60,539 nucleotides of DNA. Origin: Perkinsus chesapeaki ATCC PRA-425. Taxonomy: Eukaryota; Protista; Perkinsozoa. Positions within the stretch are counted from its first letter, which is position 1, and every line of letters begins with the position of its first letter. Under the pieces are notes generated by a model that saw nothing but the letters and a program-made list of their open reading frames with translations, did not search any database and was not told the DNA's origin. Location of the stretch: assembly GCA_013115145.1 (NCBI GenBank), contig JAAPAO010000154.1, forward strand, positions 1 to 60,539, read 5' to 3'. Both the position numbers and the translations under genes were made by a program. Positions 58,731-60,539 of this stretch are shown piece by piece.

Positions 58731-59985
58731 TCCTCCGATGCCTAGTGCGTGGCTCATTTGTTATGTTCGGTTTAAGTGTGGTTAGCTATCAACAGCTCTG
58801 CCTTTTAATTTGTCACTTTGTATTTAAAAGGAAGCTTCTATTATGAGTTAGTAACTTGAGGTTACATTCTGCTTGGATTGTGTTGTTCAAAGTGGTTCAA
58901 TATTACCAGTGGGCAGGCGACTTATTAACTGAACTTCAATCTATTTAGACACATTGCAATTCCACCCGTGTGGTGGAAAGTTTTCACGCCGGTCTATTGT
59001 GTTATTAGATGTACAACCCCAAATTGATGATGCATCCTTTTCTCATGAAACTGATGTCCCTATGCGCGAAAGTGATTTTCTCAACTGCTACTTTGGTGGC
59101 CTTAAGCGCGCAAAAGATTTGTGAAATGTATAGTACTATAATAGTACCTGATCGAGAAGGCGAGATGTCACAGTTTAGCAACGGTCAATCAAGAACGAAT
59201 CTGATAGTGAAACGAAACATTAAGGAGATTTTTTCAATTATATTTTATTTATTGGACTTTTATTAAATGATGAAATTATCTATGACAATTACGAAAACTT
59301 TTAATTGTCCATTAAGTGGCAAGCGCGAAGAATATTCAGTAATCCCGAGCCCGTTGACAGAATCCGGCTCTTTGCTCTCAACCTTTTGTTTCATACGGGT
59401 CGTTCACTTAGAACGAGCCGATGATAATGGTTTTCGGGGGAATCCACTTTTGGACCAATCCACTATTGGACCAAAAACGGTTATTGCGATAAATACTCAC
59501 ACACACGGAGTCTTCTACACACCAAACGATTTGCACGATTGACGAACGATGTTTACAACTTCCGGGATATTTCACTCATTTCGACCTCCCCGCACTTTCG
59601 CACGTGCACTATCATATTGGCAAAATGTGTAACACAAAGCTTGTCTCCTTTCCAAGTTGTTCCCCACTAGCTATGTTTTCTATTCTCTATCTTCCTTAGA
59701 GTTTTACTCTACTTGTGTTAATAGTGCACACGTTCTCAAGATAGCGTTCTTGTCACTGTCACGCTTAGCTATGCTTCTGTAGTACAGTACGGTGCCATAC
59801 ATAAGCCATTCATCTCCTGCACTGCACCGGGTATTTACATTTCTTGCCTGAACTTTTTCTTTAGTCATGCTCGCAATTGCGGTGTCTAGTAGACACTGTC
59901 TACTGTAGCTCAACAAGTAATCATTACAGAAACTCAAAGTAACGAAACTTCACTTAGTAGCGGCTATCGCTTCATCATGAAGCCT

Positions 59986-60539
59986 TTATGTATAAAAAAT
60001 CGATCTCACGGCAAACCGCATAGATGGCGGTGCCGGAAAAATACGTGGGAACCGAAGTACGAATCCAAGCTCCAGATGTAGCTCCGCGTGTCGACGCATG
60101 GCGTCTTCATCGAAGACAGATAACTCTGGATTTTCTACTCCACATGCGAATTCTGTTAAGCGCGCTACACAGTGTAACCCACAAAGGTTACTCCCGGGCG
60201 ATTGCTGTTGTACTGGGAGATTTACAATCATTCGGCCGGGACCAACAAGCTGTCGTAAAGCTCTCATCACGCCACCATTCGGGCTCGGCTGGCCAATGCT
60301 AAGGCTGTCCATGAAGTAAATGTTACAACCACGAATAGCCAGTGCAACAAAGTGATTAGCACCGGCGTCAAATATAGGCTGAATCACGCAGGAACCATCC
60401 GCAAACGCGTCAGCTGCCAACCTATCGAACCCACCAGGACTGCAGCCAACAGTGACACTTGAACTGGGACTGATAGAGCATTGCGAACAAATCTCCTCTA
60501 CCCACAAATCGACCGTTGTGTCGGAAACGAACTCGCCCG
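59986..60539 (-). CDS. Ulp1/SENP-like (C48) cysteine protease domain, intronless as far as seen, probably transposon-borne; 5' end may lie beyond the window
   Basis: Catalytic order NHFV (His), MDSL (Asp), VQQQ...NLCG (Gln, Cys), followed by F.E..MRRH...LE.G....FP. Confidence 0.72.
   Translation of the reverse strand, partial: GEFVSDTTVDLWVEEICSQCSISPSSSVTVGCSPGGFDRLAADAFADGSCVIQPIFDAGANHFVALAIRGCNIYFMDSLSIGQPSPNGGVMRALRQLVGPGRMIVNLPVQQQSPGSNLCGLHCVARLTEFACGVENPELSVFDEDAMRRHAELHLELGFVLRFPRIFPAPPSMRFAVRSIFYT

Larger units (their letters stand above)
53952..59320. repeat. Direct segmental duplication: copy 1 about 53952-56200, copy 2 about 57031-59320, offset about 3.08 kb
   Basis: Near identity from TCGGGATGCTATTCCGGCACC through the GILT stop, then recognisable but much more diverged for a further 550 nt or so. 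Confidence 0.95.

Overview
Eukaryotic, gene-dense nuclear DNA with many very short (about 36-60 nt) GT-AG introns. It is most likely an alveolate of the Perkinsus type (inferred from intron size, base composition, a dinoflagellate/apicomplexan-style RRM protein and the gene set; not provable here). Recognisable genes, left to right: SMC4 (runs off the left edge), tRNA-Thr(CGT) nested antisense in an intron, an SCL/SRSF10-type SR splicing factor, a strongly divergent alpha-tubulin, an RRM protein, pecanex, atlastin, an SPX + SLC13-type (Pho87/90/91-like) phosphate transporter, two TPR proteins, Rab-GGTase beta, the Hrq1/DUF1998 helicase, two tandem GILT thiol reductases and a transposon-type Ulp1 protease ORF at the right edge. 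There are also retroelement and Tc1-like relics, three minisatellites and one N gap. Two patterns are not explained by these features. (1) Four 42-52 nt spliceosomal introns, plus two weaker cases, consist largely of the 3' half of a tRNA (variable loop, T-arm/B-box, acceptor strand, discriminator), in either orientation. In three of the four a splice site overlaps or abuts the tRNA fragment, and one intact tRNA also sits inside an intron. (2) Perfect inverted repeats with a single-base centre are in large excess, often chained, and one is caught differing in length (11 vs 18 bp arms) between the two copies of the GILT duplication. Exon structures were reconstructed by hand; genes called hypothetical have uncertain boundaries.
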